From contig JBBQUR010000002.1 in assembly GCA_038212275.1 (NCBI GenBank), positions 96,001 through 160,000 on the forward strand: a stretch of 64,000 bases of DNA, written 5' to 3'. The position numbers and the translations under genes were made by a program. The number at the start of each line of letters is the position of its first letter. The stretch's first letter is position 1. Below, piece by piece: positions 27,300-37,776 of this stretch. This DNA is from Planctomycetota bacterium (lineage in GTDB: Bacteria > Planctomycetota > B15-G4). The notes below the pieces were generated by a model. That model did not search any database. It was not told the DNA's origin and saw only the letters and a program-made list of their open reading frames with translations.

Positions 27300-28169
27300 G
27301 TGATCGTGCCCCGCACCACCCGCGACGAGGTCCTGAAGAAGCTGCGCGCCAAGGTCGAGCGGCGCCTCCCCGTGTTCATTGCCAGCGCGGGCAGCGGCCT
27401 CGTGGCGCGGCTGCTCGAGCAGGCCGGCGTGGACTGCATCAACACCTTCAGCGGCGCACGGCTGCGGGCCAACGGCATGGGCACGATGGCCATGATGTGG
27501 CCCATCCTGGACAGCAACGCGCAGACGCTGGACTACACGGAGCAGGACATCCTGCCCGCAATCAAGGGCGACGCCTTCGTGTGCGCCTGCCTCAATGCCA
27601 ACGACCCGCTGCGCGACATGCGCAGCGTGCTGCTGCGCTGCCGCGAGATGGGCGCGATCTCGGTCTCCAACATCGGGCCGTCCATCAGCTATGTGGACAA
27701 GGGCAGCACCATCCGCGCGGTGCTGGAGAAAAGCGGCATCACCTTCGCCAACGAGATCGCGATGCTGGCGCTCGGCCGCGAGCTGGGCCTCGTCACCGTG
27801 GGCCTCGCCTTCGACATGGAGGACAGCCTCGCGCTGGTGAAAGGCGCCCGACCCGACATTTTCTGCTTCCACGCGGGCACCACGAAGGGCGGACAGAGCG
27901 GCTTCGACAGCGGCGAGACCATCGCGCAGACGGCGCGCCGCACGGAAGAGGTCTACGCAGCGGTGCGCAAGCTGGCGCCGGAGACCATCCTCGTCGCGCA
28001 CGGCGCCGCGATGGAGACCGTCGCCGACGCGCAGTACATGCTCGCGCACACCTCGGGCCACGGCTTCTGGACGGGCTCGTCGACGGAGCGCCTGCCGATC
28101 GAACGCGCCGTCCTCGCGACGGCGAAGGAATTCGCCGCGTTGCGCTTCGACGAAGGAGGCCGTCCATGA
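27300..28169 (+). CDS. TIM-barrel signal-transduction / PEP-hydrolase-like protein (Tm-1 C-terminal homologue)
   Basis: AGSGLVA...GVD, HAGTTKGG, HG, GFWTGSSTERLP. Confidence 0.85.
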   Translation: MIVPRTTRDEVLKKLRAKVERRLPVFIASAGSGLVARLLEQAGVDCINTFSGARLRANGMGTMAMMWPILDSNAQTLDYTEQDILPAIKGDAFVCACLNANDPLRDMRSVLLRCREMGAISVSNIGPSISYVDKGSTIRAVLEKSGITFANEIAMLALGRELGLVTVGLAFDMEDSLALVKGARPDIFCFHAGTTKGGQSGFDSGETIAQTARRTEEVYAAVRKLAPETILVAHGAAMETVADAQYMLAHTSGHGFWTGSSTERLPIERAVLATAKEFAALRFDEGGRP

Positions 28170-29764
28170 AGACAGGGAAGCAGAAGCGGAAGTCCGGGAA
28201 GGCGAAGGCGGCTCATCCGGACGCTCCGGCGCAGGCCGACGCGAAGAAGAAGTCCCGCTCGAAACCCGCGCGCAAGCCCAAGCCCAAGCCCGCACCGAAG
28301 TCGAAGGCCGCTGCGAAGAAGCACGCGAAGCGCCGGGCGAAGCGGGAGACGGCCGAGCGGCGCGAGGCGAAGAAGCAGGCAGGGAAGGTGGCGAAGAAGG
28401 CCCGGAAGGCGCACGAGAAGCAGGAGCGCAAGGCCGCGAAGGAGTTGAAGCGCGCGGCGAGGGAACTCGAGCGCGACGCGCGCCGCTCCGGCGGCGGCAC
28501 GCGGGTGCCGCGCCCGGTCATCGCGGTGCTGGCCACGCTGGACACCAAGGCACCCGAGGCCGGCTACCTGCGCGAGTGCATCGAGGCTCTCGGCGGCGAG
28601 GCGATGCTGGTGGACATGGGCGTGCTCGGATCGCCGGGCGCCGTGCGCCACGCCGCGCCGGACGTCACGCGCGCGGAGGTCGCCGCGGCGGGCGGCTCCA
28701 CGCTGGCCACGCTGCTGGCCGCCCCCACGCGGCAGGCCGCCTCGCCGGTGATGATCGCCGGCGCGACCGCGCTCCTGAAGCAGCGCATCGCGGACGGCTC
28801 CTTGCACGCGGTGCTGGGTATCGGCGGCACGCAGGGCACCAGCAACGCCACGGCCGTGATGCGCGCATTGCCCTATGGCCTCCCCAAGATCATGGTGTCC
28901 ACCGTGGCGAGCGGCGACGTGTCGGCGTTCGTGGACATCAAGGACATCACCATGATGTTCTCGGTCGGCGACCTGCTCGGACTCAATCCGTTGACGCGCA
29001 GGATTCTGGGCAACGCCGCCGGCGCCGCCGTCGGCATGGCGAACTCCGGAACGACGCTCAAGTCGTCACGCGCGGAGTCCACCGACCGGCCGCTCATCGG
29101 CATGAGCAATCTGGGCGTGCTGACGGACGGCGCGCTGCTCGCGCTCGAGCTGTTCGCGCAGCGCGGCTACGAGGTGCTCGTCTTCCACGCCGTCGGCTCC
29201 GGCGGCCGCGCGATGGAGCAGCTCATGAAGGAAGGCGTCATCGGCGCGGTCTTCGACTACGCGCTGGGCGAACTGAGCGACGAGCTCTTCCACGGACTGC
29301 GCGCCGCGAACGCCGAGCGCTTCACCGTCGCGGGCTCGCTCGGCCTGCCGCAGGTGATCTGCCCGGGCGGCAGCGAGCACGTCGGCCTGCTCGTGCCGGC
29401 CAACACGGTGCCCGAGCGCTGGACCGGCCACGCGCACGTCTTCCACAACCCGATCATCCTCGCGCCGCGACTCTCGCCGGACGAGTTTGCGGGCGTCGCG
29501 CGCGAGGCCTGCGCGCGACTGGCGCACACCACCGGCCGCGCGGCCTTCCTCATGCCGCTGCGCGGGACGTCGCGCTACGGCGTGCCGGGCGGCCCGCTGC
29601 ACGACCCGGCCGGCGACGCGGCTTTTCTCGCGGAGCTGCACCGCAGCCTGCCGCCGGGCGTGGAACTCGTCGAAGTGGACGCCGGCGCCGAGGACGAACT
29701 CTTCGTGCGCACCGCGGTGGACAAACTCGTGGCGCTCATCGAAGCATCCGCGCCGACGTCCTGA
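28166..29764 (+). CDS. Tm-1-like ATP-binding protein (UPF0261) with Lys/Ala-rich N-terminal extension
   Basis: TLDTK..E, GGTQGT, LPYGLPKIMVSTVASG, FHAVGSGGRAME; AAGGAGG RBS and ATGA overlap support the long start. Confidence 0.87.
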   Translation: MKTGKQKRKSGKAKAAHPDAPAQADAKKKSRSKPARKPKPKPAPKSKAAAKKHAKRRAKRETAERREAKKQAGKVAKKARKAHEKQERKAAKELKRAARELERDARRSGGGTRVPRPVIAVLATLDTKAPEAGYLRECIEALGGEAMLVDMGVLGSPGAVRHAAPDVTRAEVAAAGGSTLATLLAAPTRQAASPVMIAGATALLKQRIADGSLHAVLGIGGTQGTSNATAVMRALPYGLPKIMVSTVASGDVSAFVDIKDITMMFSVGDLLGLNPLTRRILGNAAGAAVGMANSGTTLKSSRAESTDRPLIGMSNLGVLTDGALLALELFAQRGYEVLVFHAVGSGGRAMEQLMKEGVIGAVFDYALGELSDELFHGLRAANAERFTVAGSLGLPQVICPGGSEHVGLLVPANTVPERWTGHAHVFHNPIILAPRLSPDEFAGVAREACARLAHTTGRAAFLMPLRGTSRYGVPGGPLHDPAGDAAFLAELHRSLPPGVELVEVDAGAEDELFVRTAVDKLVALIEASAPTS

Positions 29765-29851
29765 GGCGCGATGGACCGCCGGAGACGGGATCGCCACACT
29801 ACGCCGCCCCGTCATGCGCGCCAGCATTCCCCGCTTCACAGAGCTCGCCCG

Positions 29852-32167
29852 ATGCACACACGGACGCTGATCCTCGCGACCTCGCTCCTGGCTTCCTGCG
29901 CGTCGCAGGCGCCGACTGCTCCGACCGCTCTGCATGCGCCGTCGGCGCCGTCGGCGCCGTCGGCAGCGTCGGCAGCGTCGGCCCCGTCGGCCCCGTCGGC
30001 GCTCAGCGCGCCATCGGCGTCACGCCAAATCGCGCCGGCGGACGACTCGCCCGCCGCATCGGCTTCCCAGGCCGCTCCCGACCTGCAGCGCCTCGTCGTC
30101 GTGCAGAACGGCAGGACCGGCGAGGTGCTCACGCTGAGTGAGCTGCTCGATGCGCTCGAGGAGAGCGATGTCGTCTTCCTCGGCGAGTCGCACACGGACG
30201 AGACCACGCACCGCGTGGAGCTCGCGGTGTACGAGGGCCTGCTCGCGCGACGCGACGGCAACGTCGTGCTTGCCATGGAGATGTTCGAGCGCGACGCGCA
30301 GGCGGCGCTCGACGACTACCTCGCGGGCCGCATCGACGAGGCGGCCTTTCTCGCGGCCAGCCGGCCGTGGGGCAACTACCACACCGCGTACCGGCCGCTC
30401 ATCGAGGCCGCGCGCGCGGCGGGCGCGCCCGTCGTCGCAAGCAACTTCCCGCGACCGCTGCGCATGCAGCTCATGAAGGACGGACCCGACACGCTGGCCG
30501 CGCTGCGCGACGCGGGAAGCCGCGACGTGCCCGCCGAACTGCTCCCGAACACCGACGCCTACTGGCGCCGCGTGGACAACGCCGTGCGCGGCCACAAGGG
30601 CATGATGGGCGGCGACGACAGCCCGGAGGCGCGACTGCTCTCGACGCAGTCGCTCTGGGACAACTCCATGGGCGAGTCGTGCGCGCGCGCGCTCGATGAA
30701 CATCCGGGCGCACTGGTGCTGCACGTGAACGGCGGTTTTCACAGCGAATACTGGGACGGCACCGCATGGCAGCTGGCGTTGCGGAAGCCGGACGCACTCA
30801 TCACCAGCGTGGCCATCGTGCCGACGAGCCAGCCCGCCACCGCGGACGTCGGCGGCCTGCCCGCGGCGGACTACGTCGTGTTCGCGGAGCAGCGCGCGGA
30901 GGACCTGGAAGGCGGCATCGGCGCCGTCTTCGTGCCGCGCAAGCTCGAGTATCGCTTCCACCGGCCCGCGGACGCGTCCGCCGATGCGCCCGTTCCGCTG
31001 CTCATCTGGCTCTCCGACGACGGCCTCACCGCCGAAGAAGGCCTGGAGCTCTGGAAGGAGCGGCTGGGCGACGAGGCGGCGATCGCCGTGCTGGAGGCGC
31101 CGAATCTGGAGCTGCAGGCGGACCTCGCGCCGGGCGGACGCTGGTTCGGCGGCGACGACTTCACGCAGGAGGCCGACGGCCTGCGCTTCGCCGTCGAGCG
31201 CGTCGCGGCCTTCCTGTTGCAGCACGAGGCGATCGATCCGGCGCGCATCTGCGTGGCGGGTGAAGGCACCGGCGGCACGGTGGCCGCGGCCGTCGCCCTG
31301 CTGGGCGGGCCATTCGGCGTGCGCGCCGTCGCGCTGCAGCCGCGCGGCTTCGCAAACCTGCGCGACATCCCGCTGCCGCTGCCCGAACTGCGCGGGGACG
31401 AGCCGGCGCCGGACTCGTCGCTGCGCGTGGTGCTTGCCGCGCAGGACGGCTCGCAGCATTCCGGCGCCGCGTGGTGGACGACCGAGCTCGCCGAGTACGA
31501 GGGCGTCGGCCTGCCGGGCCAGCTCGTCGAGGTGAGCGACGACCCGTGGCTGTCGCAGCGGCGCGACGAAAATGAGTTGCGTGCGGCACTGGGTCTGCCG
31601 GTGCGCGAGGCACCGCCGGCGTCGGCTTCGGGCAGCCGGCCATGCGTGCTCGTCCCCGACGACTCGACGCGGGCGCTGCACTGGGCGCGGCTCTTCGCTC
31701 TGCGCGCCGAGGCGCTGTCCGGTCAGCCGGTCGCCGTGCTGCAGGCGATTCCGGCGGGCGAAGCAGCGCAGCCGCTGTCACTGCAGGTGAAGGCCGCGCC
31801 CTTCGCGGCGCCCGACATGCTGCCGCTCTGCCCCGGCGATTTCGGCGGGACGACCATCGTCGTGCTTCCCGCGCGCACGCCGGCGGAAGAGGTCCTCGCG
31901 TGGCAGGCGATGGCCGCGGACGATCCGCTCAACAAGCAGAGCCGCTTCCATCGCCTGCGCGTCGCCACGGCGGAGACCGGGCAGTTGGGCAAGCTCCTGG
32001 AAGAACTGGAAGCCATGCACCGCACGAACGTGCTCATCGTGCCGGCCACTTTTCACGCCGACGCCGAGGCGATGCTCGCGCTGCAGCGCGACGTGCGCGA
32101 CGTCCGCGACCGCTTCACGCTGCACTGGCTGCCGGGGCTGGGCAGGCAGCTTCAGCCTGGCGGCTGA
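29852..32167 (+). CDS. ChaN-family lipoprotein fused to alpha/beta-hydrolase-like and further domains
   Basis: Lipobox LASC; DVVFLGESH, LAMEMFERDAQ, QSLWDNSM, HVNGGFHS; then IDPARICVAGEGTGG. Confidence 0.82.
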   Translation: MHTRTLILATSLLASCASQAPTAPTALHAPSAPSAPSAASAASAPSAPSALSAPSASRQIAPADDSPAASASQAAPDLQRLVVVQNGRTGEVLTLSELLDALEESDVVFLGESHTDETTHRVELAVYEGLLARRDGNVVLAMEMFERDAQAALDDYLAGRIDEAAFLAASRPWGNYHTAYRPLIEAARAAGAPVVASNFPRPLRMQLMKDGPDTLAALRDAGSRDVPAELLPNTDAYWRRVDNAVRGHKGMMGGDDSPEARLLSTQSLWDNSMGESCARALDEHPGALVLHVNGGFHSEYWDGTAWQLALRKPDALITSVAIVPTSQPATADVGGLPAADYVVFAEQRAEDLEGGIGAVFVPRKLEYRFHRPADASADAPVPLLIWLSDDGLTAEEGLELWKERLGDEAAIAVLEAPNLELQADLAPGGRWFGGDDFTQEADGLRFAVERVAAFLLQHEAIDPARICVAGEGTGGTVAAAVALLGGPFGVRAVALQPRGFANLRDIPLPLPELRGDEPAPDSSLRVVLAAQDGSQHSGAAWWTTELAEYEGVGLPGQLVEVSDDPWLSQRRDENELRAALGLPVREAPPASASGSRPCVLVPDDSTRALHWARLFALRAEALSGQPVAVLQAIPAGEAAQPLSLQVKAAPFAAPDMLPLCPGDFGGTTIVVLPARTPAEEVLAWQAMAADDPLNKQSRFHRLRVATAETGQLGKLLEELEAMHRTNVLIVPATFHADAEAMLALQRDVRDVRDRFTLHWLPGLGRQLQPGG
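32074..32143 (+). repeat. Left direct repeat (3' end of ChaN gene) of the 18-kb block
   Basis: Matches 50153..50258 apart from expansion of a 9-bp unit and scattered substitutions. Confidence 0.88.
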
Positions 32168-32230
32168 GGCGCGGGAGCGCCTGCGCGCTCGCCGCCGTCT
32201 CTGCCGCCGTTTCGGCCGCCGGCAGAAGCC

Positions 32231-34579
32231 CTACGACAGCTTGAAGCGCCTGAGCCGCAGCGCGTTGCCGATGACCGACACCGAACTCAGGCTCATCGCG
32301 GCGGCCGCGAGCATCGGGCTCATGAGCGTCCCGGTGAACGGGTAGAGCACTCCCGCCGCGATGGGCACGCCCACGACGTTGTAGAGAAAGGCGAAGCCCA
32401 GATTCTGGCGGATGTTCCGCACCGCGACGCGACTCAGGCGACGGGCGCGGTCGATGCCGAGCAGGTCACCCTTCAGCAGCGTGACGGCCGCGCTTTCGAT
32501 GGCGGCGTCCGTGCCCGTGCCCATCGCGATGCCTACGTCGGCCTGCGCGAGGGCCGGCGCATCGTTCACGCCGTCGCCGGCCATCGCCACGCGGCGCCCC
32601 TGTTGCTGCAGCGCGCGAATGCGTTCCAGCTTCTGTTCGGGGAGAACGCCGGCGAACACCTCGTCGATGCCGAGCTCGCGCGCGACCGCCTCGGCCGTTG
32701 CCTGCGCGTCGCCGCTCAGCAGGACGATGCGCAATCCGTCGGCGCGCAGCTCGCGGATGGCCTGCGGCGTCGAGGCCTTCACCGGATCGGCGACGGCCAG
32801 GCAGCCCGCGGCCACGCCATCGACCGCCACGAGCATGGCTGTCCGTCCCTGGCGGCGCATGTCCTCGGCGCGCGGCTCCAGCGTGGCGACGTCCACGTGC
32901 AGCTCCGCGAAGAGCGCGGCGTTGCCGAGCGCGACCGTTCGCCCGCCGACACGACCCGTGATGCCCTTGCCCGTCAGCGAGCGGAAGTCCCCGGTCGGCT
33001 GCAGGGAAAGGCCGCGCTCCTGCGCGCCTTTCACGATCGCCGCCGCGAGCGGATGCTCGCTGCCGCGCTCCAGGCTTGCGGCAAGCGACAGCAGCTCGTC
33101 GGCGCGCGAGGCATCCGCCCACGCACCGACGGGTTCCACGGCCACGAGGCGCGGCTTCCCTTCGGTGAGCGTCCCGGTCTTGTCCACGACCAGCGTGTCC
33201 ACGTCGCGCAGGCGCTCGAGGGCCTCGGCGTCGCGGAACAGGACGCCGGCGTGCGCGCCGCGCCCCATGGCGACCATGATGGACATCGGCGTCGCGAGGC
33301 CGAGCGCGCAGGGGCAGGCGATGACCAGCACCGCCACCGCGTTGATCACGGCATGCGCAAGCCGCGGCTCAGGGCCGGTGCTCCACCAGATGCCGAAGGT
33401 GAGGACGGCGATCGCGATCACCACCGGCACGAACCACGCCGCCATCCGATCCGCCAGGCCCTGGATCGGCGCGCGGCTGCGCTGAGCCTGCGCCACCTGC
33501 GCCACGATGCGGGACAGCAGCGTCTCCGCGCCCACCTTCTCGGCGCGCATGACGAAGGAGCCCTGGCTGTTGCTGGTTCCGCCGACGAGCTTGTCGCCCG
33601 CCTGCTTCTCGACGGGCATCGACTCGCCGGTCACCATCGACTCGTCGAGCACACCGGTGCCTGTCAGCAGCACGCCGTCCACCGGGACGCTTTCGCCGGG
33701 CCGCACGCGCAGGCTGTCGCCGGGAACCACCTCGTCCAGCGGCACGTCCTGCTCGTCGCTTCCGGACACGCGACGCGCCGTGCGTGGCGCGAGATCGAGC
33801 AGTGCACGGATGGCTGCCCCGGTGGCGCGCCGGGCACGCAGCTCGAGCACCTGACCGAGCAGCACGAGCGTCACGATCACGGCTGCGGCCTCGAAGTAGA
33901 CCGGCACCACGCCGGAGTGATCCCGGAAGGTGGGCGGAAAGACGTCCGGCGCCAGCACGGCCGCCATGCTCAGGAGCCAGGCGGACAGCACGCCGAGCCC
34001 GATGAGCGTGAACATGTTGAGCCGCGGCCACGGGGCAGGGACCACCGAACGTGCGGCGCGCACAAGGAAGGGCCAGCCCGCCCAGAGCACGACGGGCGTG
34101 GCGAGTGCAGCCTCGATCCACTGCAGGTCACGCGGCGACCCCAGCCCTGCCAGCAGGCCCCCCGGCAGCATGTCGCCCATGGCCACCGCAAGCAGCGGCG
34201 CCGTGAGCACGGACGCGATGAGTGCGCGGCGCGACATGTCGTGCAGCTCGGCGTTCGCTTCCTTCGTTCCGGCAGCGCCGCCTTCCCCGTGCGGCTGCGC
34301 ACGGACCGGCACGAGCGGTTCCAGCGCCATGCCGCAGATCGGGCAGCTTCCGGGCCCCTCCTGCCGCACGTCGGGATGCATCGGGCAGGTGTAGACCGAC
34401 GCCACCGGATGCTTGTCCGGCCCGGGTCCGGCGCGCTTCAGGAAGGCGGCTGGATCGCCGCTGAAGCGCTCGCGGCAGCTCGCGCTGCAGAAGGCGTAAC
34501 GCACCGCGTCGTGCACGTGCACGTACTTCGCGTGGTCCGGATCGACGGTCATGCCGCAGACGGGATCAGTTGCCTGCAT
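32231..34579 (-). CDS. copA: Cu(+)-exporting P1B-type ATPase with YHS and heavy-metal-binding domains
   Basis: DPVCGM..FCS, YTCPMHP..CPICGM, TGES, CPC, DKTGT, SEHPL, GDGVND, YN and MSLSS. Confidence 0.95.
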   Translation of the reverse strand: MQATDPVCGMTVDPDHAKYVHVHDAVRYAFCSASCRERFSGDPAAFLKRAGPGPDKHPVASVYTCPMHPDVRQEGPGSCPICGMALEPLVPVRAQPHGEGGAAGTKEANAELHDMSRRALIASVLTAPLLAVAMGDMLPGGLLAGLGSPRDLQWIEAALATPVVLWAGWPFLVRAARSVVPAPWPRLNMFTLIGLGVLSAWLLSMAAVLAPDVFPPTFRDHSGVVPVYFEAAAVIVTLVLLGQVLELRARRATGAAIRALLDLAPRTARRVSGSDEQDVPLDEVVPGDSLRVRPGESVPVDGVLLTGTGVLDESMVTGESMPVEKQAGDKLVGGTSNSQGSFVMRAEKVGAETLLSRIVAQVAQAQRSRAPIQGLADRMAAWFVPVVIAIAVLTFGIWWSTGPEPRLAHAVINAVAVLVIACPCALGLATPMSIMVAMGRGAHAGVLFRDAEALERLRDVDTLVVDKTGTLTEGKPRLVAVEPVGAWADASRADELLSLAASLERGSEHPLAAAIVKGAQERGLSLQPTGDFRSLTGKGITGRVGGRTVALGNAALFAELHVDVATLEPRAEDMRRQGRTAMLVAVDGVAAGCLAVADPVKASTPQAIRELRADGLRIVLLSGDAQATAEAVARELGIDEVFAGVLPEQKLERIRALQQQGRRVAMAGDGVNDAPALAQADVGIAMGTGTDAAIESAAVTLLKGDLLGIDRARRLSRVAVRNIRQNLGFAFLYNVVGVPIAAGVLYPFTGTLMSPMLAAAAMSLSSVSVIGNALRLRRFKLS

Positions 34580-34630
34580 GTCGCACCCCCGCGTCCCCGG
34601 TACCGGCCGTCAGCATCTCGCGTGCGCTCT

Positions 34631-36163
34631 TCATGATCCGGGCACCAGCTTCATGCCGCACTTCGGGCAGCGGCCGGGTTCATGCGAGATGACCTCCGGA
34701 TGCATCGGGCAGGTGTAGACGGTGCCGGTCGCGTCGGCACTTCCGGGTGCGTGGGCGCTTCCGTCGGCTGACGTGGCTATCACGTCGATGCCGTCGCGCT
34801 GCAGATCCGCGGCGCTTGCCGTCTCGGCGACCGTGCCGGCCGGATACGTGTACCAGCCGGGATCACCGTCGCCGCTCAGCGACTCGCGCACCTTGAGGAT
34901 GGTGAACATGCCGCCCATCGTGATCACGTCGAAGGGGCCGCGGCCGCCCAGCATCGGGATGCTGTTCGGCGGCACCGCCATGCCCATCTCCGCCATGTCG
35001 CCCATGCCCGCCTGCCCCATGGTCATGTAGTCGGGCAGCAGTCCGCGCACCTCGCGGTCCAGCCCGCCCGACTTGACCCCGATCATGTTGGGGATCTTGT
35101 GCCCCATCTGGTTCATGACGTGGTGGGTCATGTGGCAGTGCATGGCCCAATCACCCGGCGCGTCGGCGACGAACTCGACGTTGCGCGTGCTGCCCGTGGG
35201 CACCAGCACCGTGGTCTCGGGCCATTGGGCGGACTCGGGGATGTCGCCGCCATCCGTCGCCGTGATCCTGAAGGCGTAGCCGTGCAGATGAATCGAATGG
35301 TGATCCATCGCACTCAGATTGCCGAAGCGCAGGCGCACGCGTTCACCCTGCTGCGCGATCAACGCCGGCGTCCCCGGGAAGGCGCGCGCGTTCATCGTGA
35401 GGATGTTGAAGTCCGTCATCTCGTTCGGGTCGGGCCGCGACGTCCCAGGCGCGATCTTCCATTCGCTGAGCATGATCGCGTAGTCGCGATCCGCGCGCGG
35501 CGCCTTCGATTCGCGCGGGTGCACGACGATGAGGCCCATCAGGCCCAGCGCCATCTGGGTCATCTCGTCGTGGTGCGAGTGGTACATGAAGGTGCCGTGC
35601 TGGCGCAGCGTGAACTCGTAGCGGAAGGTCTCGCCCGGCGGGATGGCGCGCTGGTTGAGCCCGCCCACGCCGTCCATCCCGTTGGGCAGGTAGATGCCGT
35701 GCCAGTGCGCGGTCGTCGGCGCGGGCAGCCTGTTGGTCACGTAGATGCGGACGCGATCACCCTCGACCGCCTCGATGGTCGGGCCGTGCACCGAGCCGTT
35801 GTAGCCCCAGCACTCCGCGAAGAGCCCCGGCGCGAACACGTGCCGCACCGGCTCTGCGACCAGGTGGTAGACCTTCACGTCGTCGACGATTTTCCACGGC
35901 AGCGTGCTGCCGCCGGGCGTGATGACGGGCAGGTAGTCGGTGCCCGGCATGCCCGGCGGCAGCGAGGTGGCATGCGGTCCGGGAGCGGGAGGCCGGGCCG
36001 GGCCTGCGGCAGCAGCTGCCGCCGCTGCGCCCGTTGCAGCTGCCGACTCGCGGAGCGGGAGTGCCTGCGCACCCGATGCCGCGCCTGCCAGCAGCGCGCC
36101 TCCCGTGAGCATGGCGCCGCGGACGATGACCTCGCGTCGCGAAAGATCCTGCGGGGAACTCAT
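34631..36163 (-). CDS. Tat-exported multicopper oxidase with C-terminal heavy-metal-binding domain
   Basis: SRR signal; HWHG, MYHSH, HSIHLHG, HCHMTHH; YTCPMHP..CPKCGM. Confidence 0.92.
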   Translation of the reverse strand: MSSPQDLSRREVIVRGAMLTGGALLAGAASGAQALPLRESAAATGAAAAAAAAGPARPPAPGPHATSLPPGMPGTDYLPVITPGGSTLPWKIVDDVKVYHLVAEPVRHVFAPGLFAECWGYNGSVHGPTIEAVEGDRVRIYVTNRLPAPTTAHWHGIYLPNGMDGVGGLNQRAIPPGETFRYEFTLRQHGTFMYHSHHDEMTQMALGLMGLIVVHPRESKAPRADRDYAIMLSEWKIAPGTSRPDPNEMTDFNILTMNARAFPGTPALIAQQGERVRLRFGNLSAMDHHSIHLHGYAFRITATDGGDIPESAQWPETTVLVPTGSTRNVEFVADAPGDWAMHCHMTHHVMNQMGHKIPNMIGVKSGGLDREVRGLLPDYMTMGQAGMGDMAEMGMAVPPNSIPMLGGRGPFDVITMGGMFTILKVRESLSGDGDPGWYTYPAGTVAETASAADLQRDGIDVIATSADGSAHAPGSADATGTVYTCPMHPEVISHEPGRCPKCGMKLVPGS

Positions 36164-37776
36164 GGATGATCTCCGTGCTGGTGCATGGGCATTGGCATGG
36201 GCATGGGAGCGGATTCAGCGGGCTGCTGATCCGGCGCGTCGCTGGAAAGTCCGATCGCGGGCGGAGCCATCAGGGCGCTCTCCACAGCGGTCGTGGGAAC
36301 GGATGCAAGCGAACCGCCCACTGCGCGTTCGAGCGCCGTGCGGGCCAGCCAGTAGTCGCGCAGTGCTTCGACGCTCTGCCGCCCCGCGTCGATCTCGGCG
36401 CTGCGCGCCATGAGCAGCTCGAACACGCCCAGTTGCATCGCGTTGTAGTGGAGCTGCGTCTGCTGCACGATGCGGTCGCGCAGCGGAAGCACGACGGCGC
36501 CGAGGTAGTTGGCCCGCGCGCGCGCCGCCATCAATCTCGCCTGCTGGGCACGCACTTCGGAACGGATCCGCACGGCGAGCGCGACGTACTCCTGCTGGCT
36601 GCGCCGCAACAGCGCCTCGTCGCGTGAACGGCGCGCCTGTCCCTGGTCGAAGAGCGGCACGGGCAGGCCGATGGAAGGGCCCGTGGTGGTGTCACCCTGC
36701 GGCTCGCGTTCCAGATGCACTCCGACCTCGAGCGACGGAATGAGGGCCGTCGTGTCGGTGAGGTCGAGCACCGCGGCGGCGGCCTCGATCTCCCGCGCGG
36801 CCAGCGTCAGGTCGAGACGCTGGCTGAGGGCGAGCTCCTGAAGACCCTCGGGCGTGAGTTCCCGGTCGGGAAGTTCCGGCAGGCGCTGCGCGACCGTCCA
36901 CTGCGTGTCGTCGCCCCACAGGCCCATGAGCGCCGACAGCGCCTCGCGTCGCTGCACGAGGTCCGCCTCGGCCTGCAGCAGGTCCAGGCGCGCCGCGCCT
37001 TCGGCGACGGCTTCCGTTTCATACTCGAGCTCCGTGACGTTGCCGGCCTCGCGCAGGCGTCGCGCCACGTCGGCGGATGCGCCGGTGGCCACGACCACCG
37101 ACTGCCGGAGCTCCACGGTCTGCTCCGCAGCCTGCACCTCGAAGAAGGCCGCACGGACGTCGGCTGCGAGATCGATGACGGCATTCGCCACGCGCAACTG
37201 CGCGGCCTCGAACCCGGCCGCGGCCACGCGCTCGCGCAGCGAACGCGTGAAGATGCTCATGACGTCCTGGATCAGGTGCACCTCCAGCGGCCGGTGAGGA
37301 TCTCCGGGGAAGCGCAGCTCGAAGTCGAGGAAGGGGTTGGACAGCAGGCCGGCTTGCACGAGGTCCGCCTGCGAAATGCCGAGATCCTCGAAGGTGCTCT
37401 GCAGTCCCGCATTCCTGAGCAGCGCGATCTGCACCGCCGCGTCGAGCGTGAGTTCGTTCCGGAGCAGGTCGCTCACGAGCTGGGCGGCCTGCGCATCCTC
37501 CGGCCGTCCGCGATCCCAGGCGACGCGCTGCGGCACACGCTCCGCGACGAGGGACTGCACGGCTTGCAGGCCGCTGTCGTCGTCGATCGTGGTGCATCCC
37601 GCAAGTCCGGGCAGGCCTGCGAGGATCAGCAGCGCCCACCGGCGAGAGCGCCTGCGGGTCGTCAAGCGTGCGCATGCGAGCTGGGCTGGAGCCGGCGCGC
37701 TGGCGTGCCCGCGCTCCGGAAGGAGGCAATCCGGCATCCGTCCGTGGACGCCTGACAGAGGCTGAATTGTCTTCAT
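36160..37776 (-). CDS. TolC/OEP-family outer-membrane lipoprotein of the copper operon
   Basis: LAGC lipobox; AVQIALLRN, QAGLLSNP, LPVPLFDQG; Met/His-rich tail; ATGA overlap with the oxidase. Confidence 0.88.
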   Translation of the reverse strand: MKTIQPLSGVHGRMPDCLLPERGHASAPAPAQLACARLTTRRRSRRWALLILAGLPGLAGCTTIDDDSGLQAVQSLVAERVPQRVAWDRGRPEDAQAAQLVSDLLRNELTLDAAVQIALLRNAGLQSTFEDLGISQADLVQAGLLSNPFLDFELRFPGDPHRPLEVHLIQDVMSIFTRSLRERVAAAGFEAAQLRVANAVIDLAADVRAAFFEVQAAEQTVELRQSVVVATGASADVARRLREAGNVTELEYETEAVAEGAARLDLLQAEADLVQRREALSALMGLWGDDTQWTVAQRLPELPDRELTPEGLQELALSQRLDLTLAAREIEAAAAVLDLTDTTALIPSLEVGVHLEREPQGDTTTGPSIGLPVPLFDQGQARRSRDEALLRRSQQEYVALAVRIRSEVRAQQARLMAARARANYLGAVVLPLRDRIVQQTQLHYNAMQLGVFELLMARSAEIDAGRQSVEALRDYWLARTALERAVGGSLASVPTTAVESALMAPPAIGLSSDAPDQQPAESAPMPMPMPMHQHGDHP

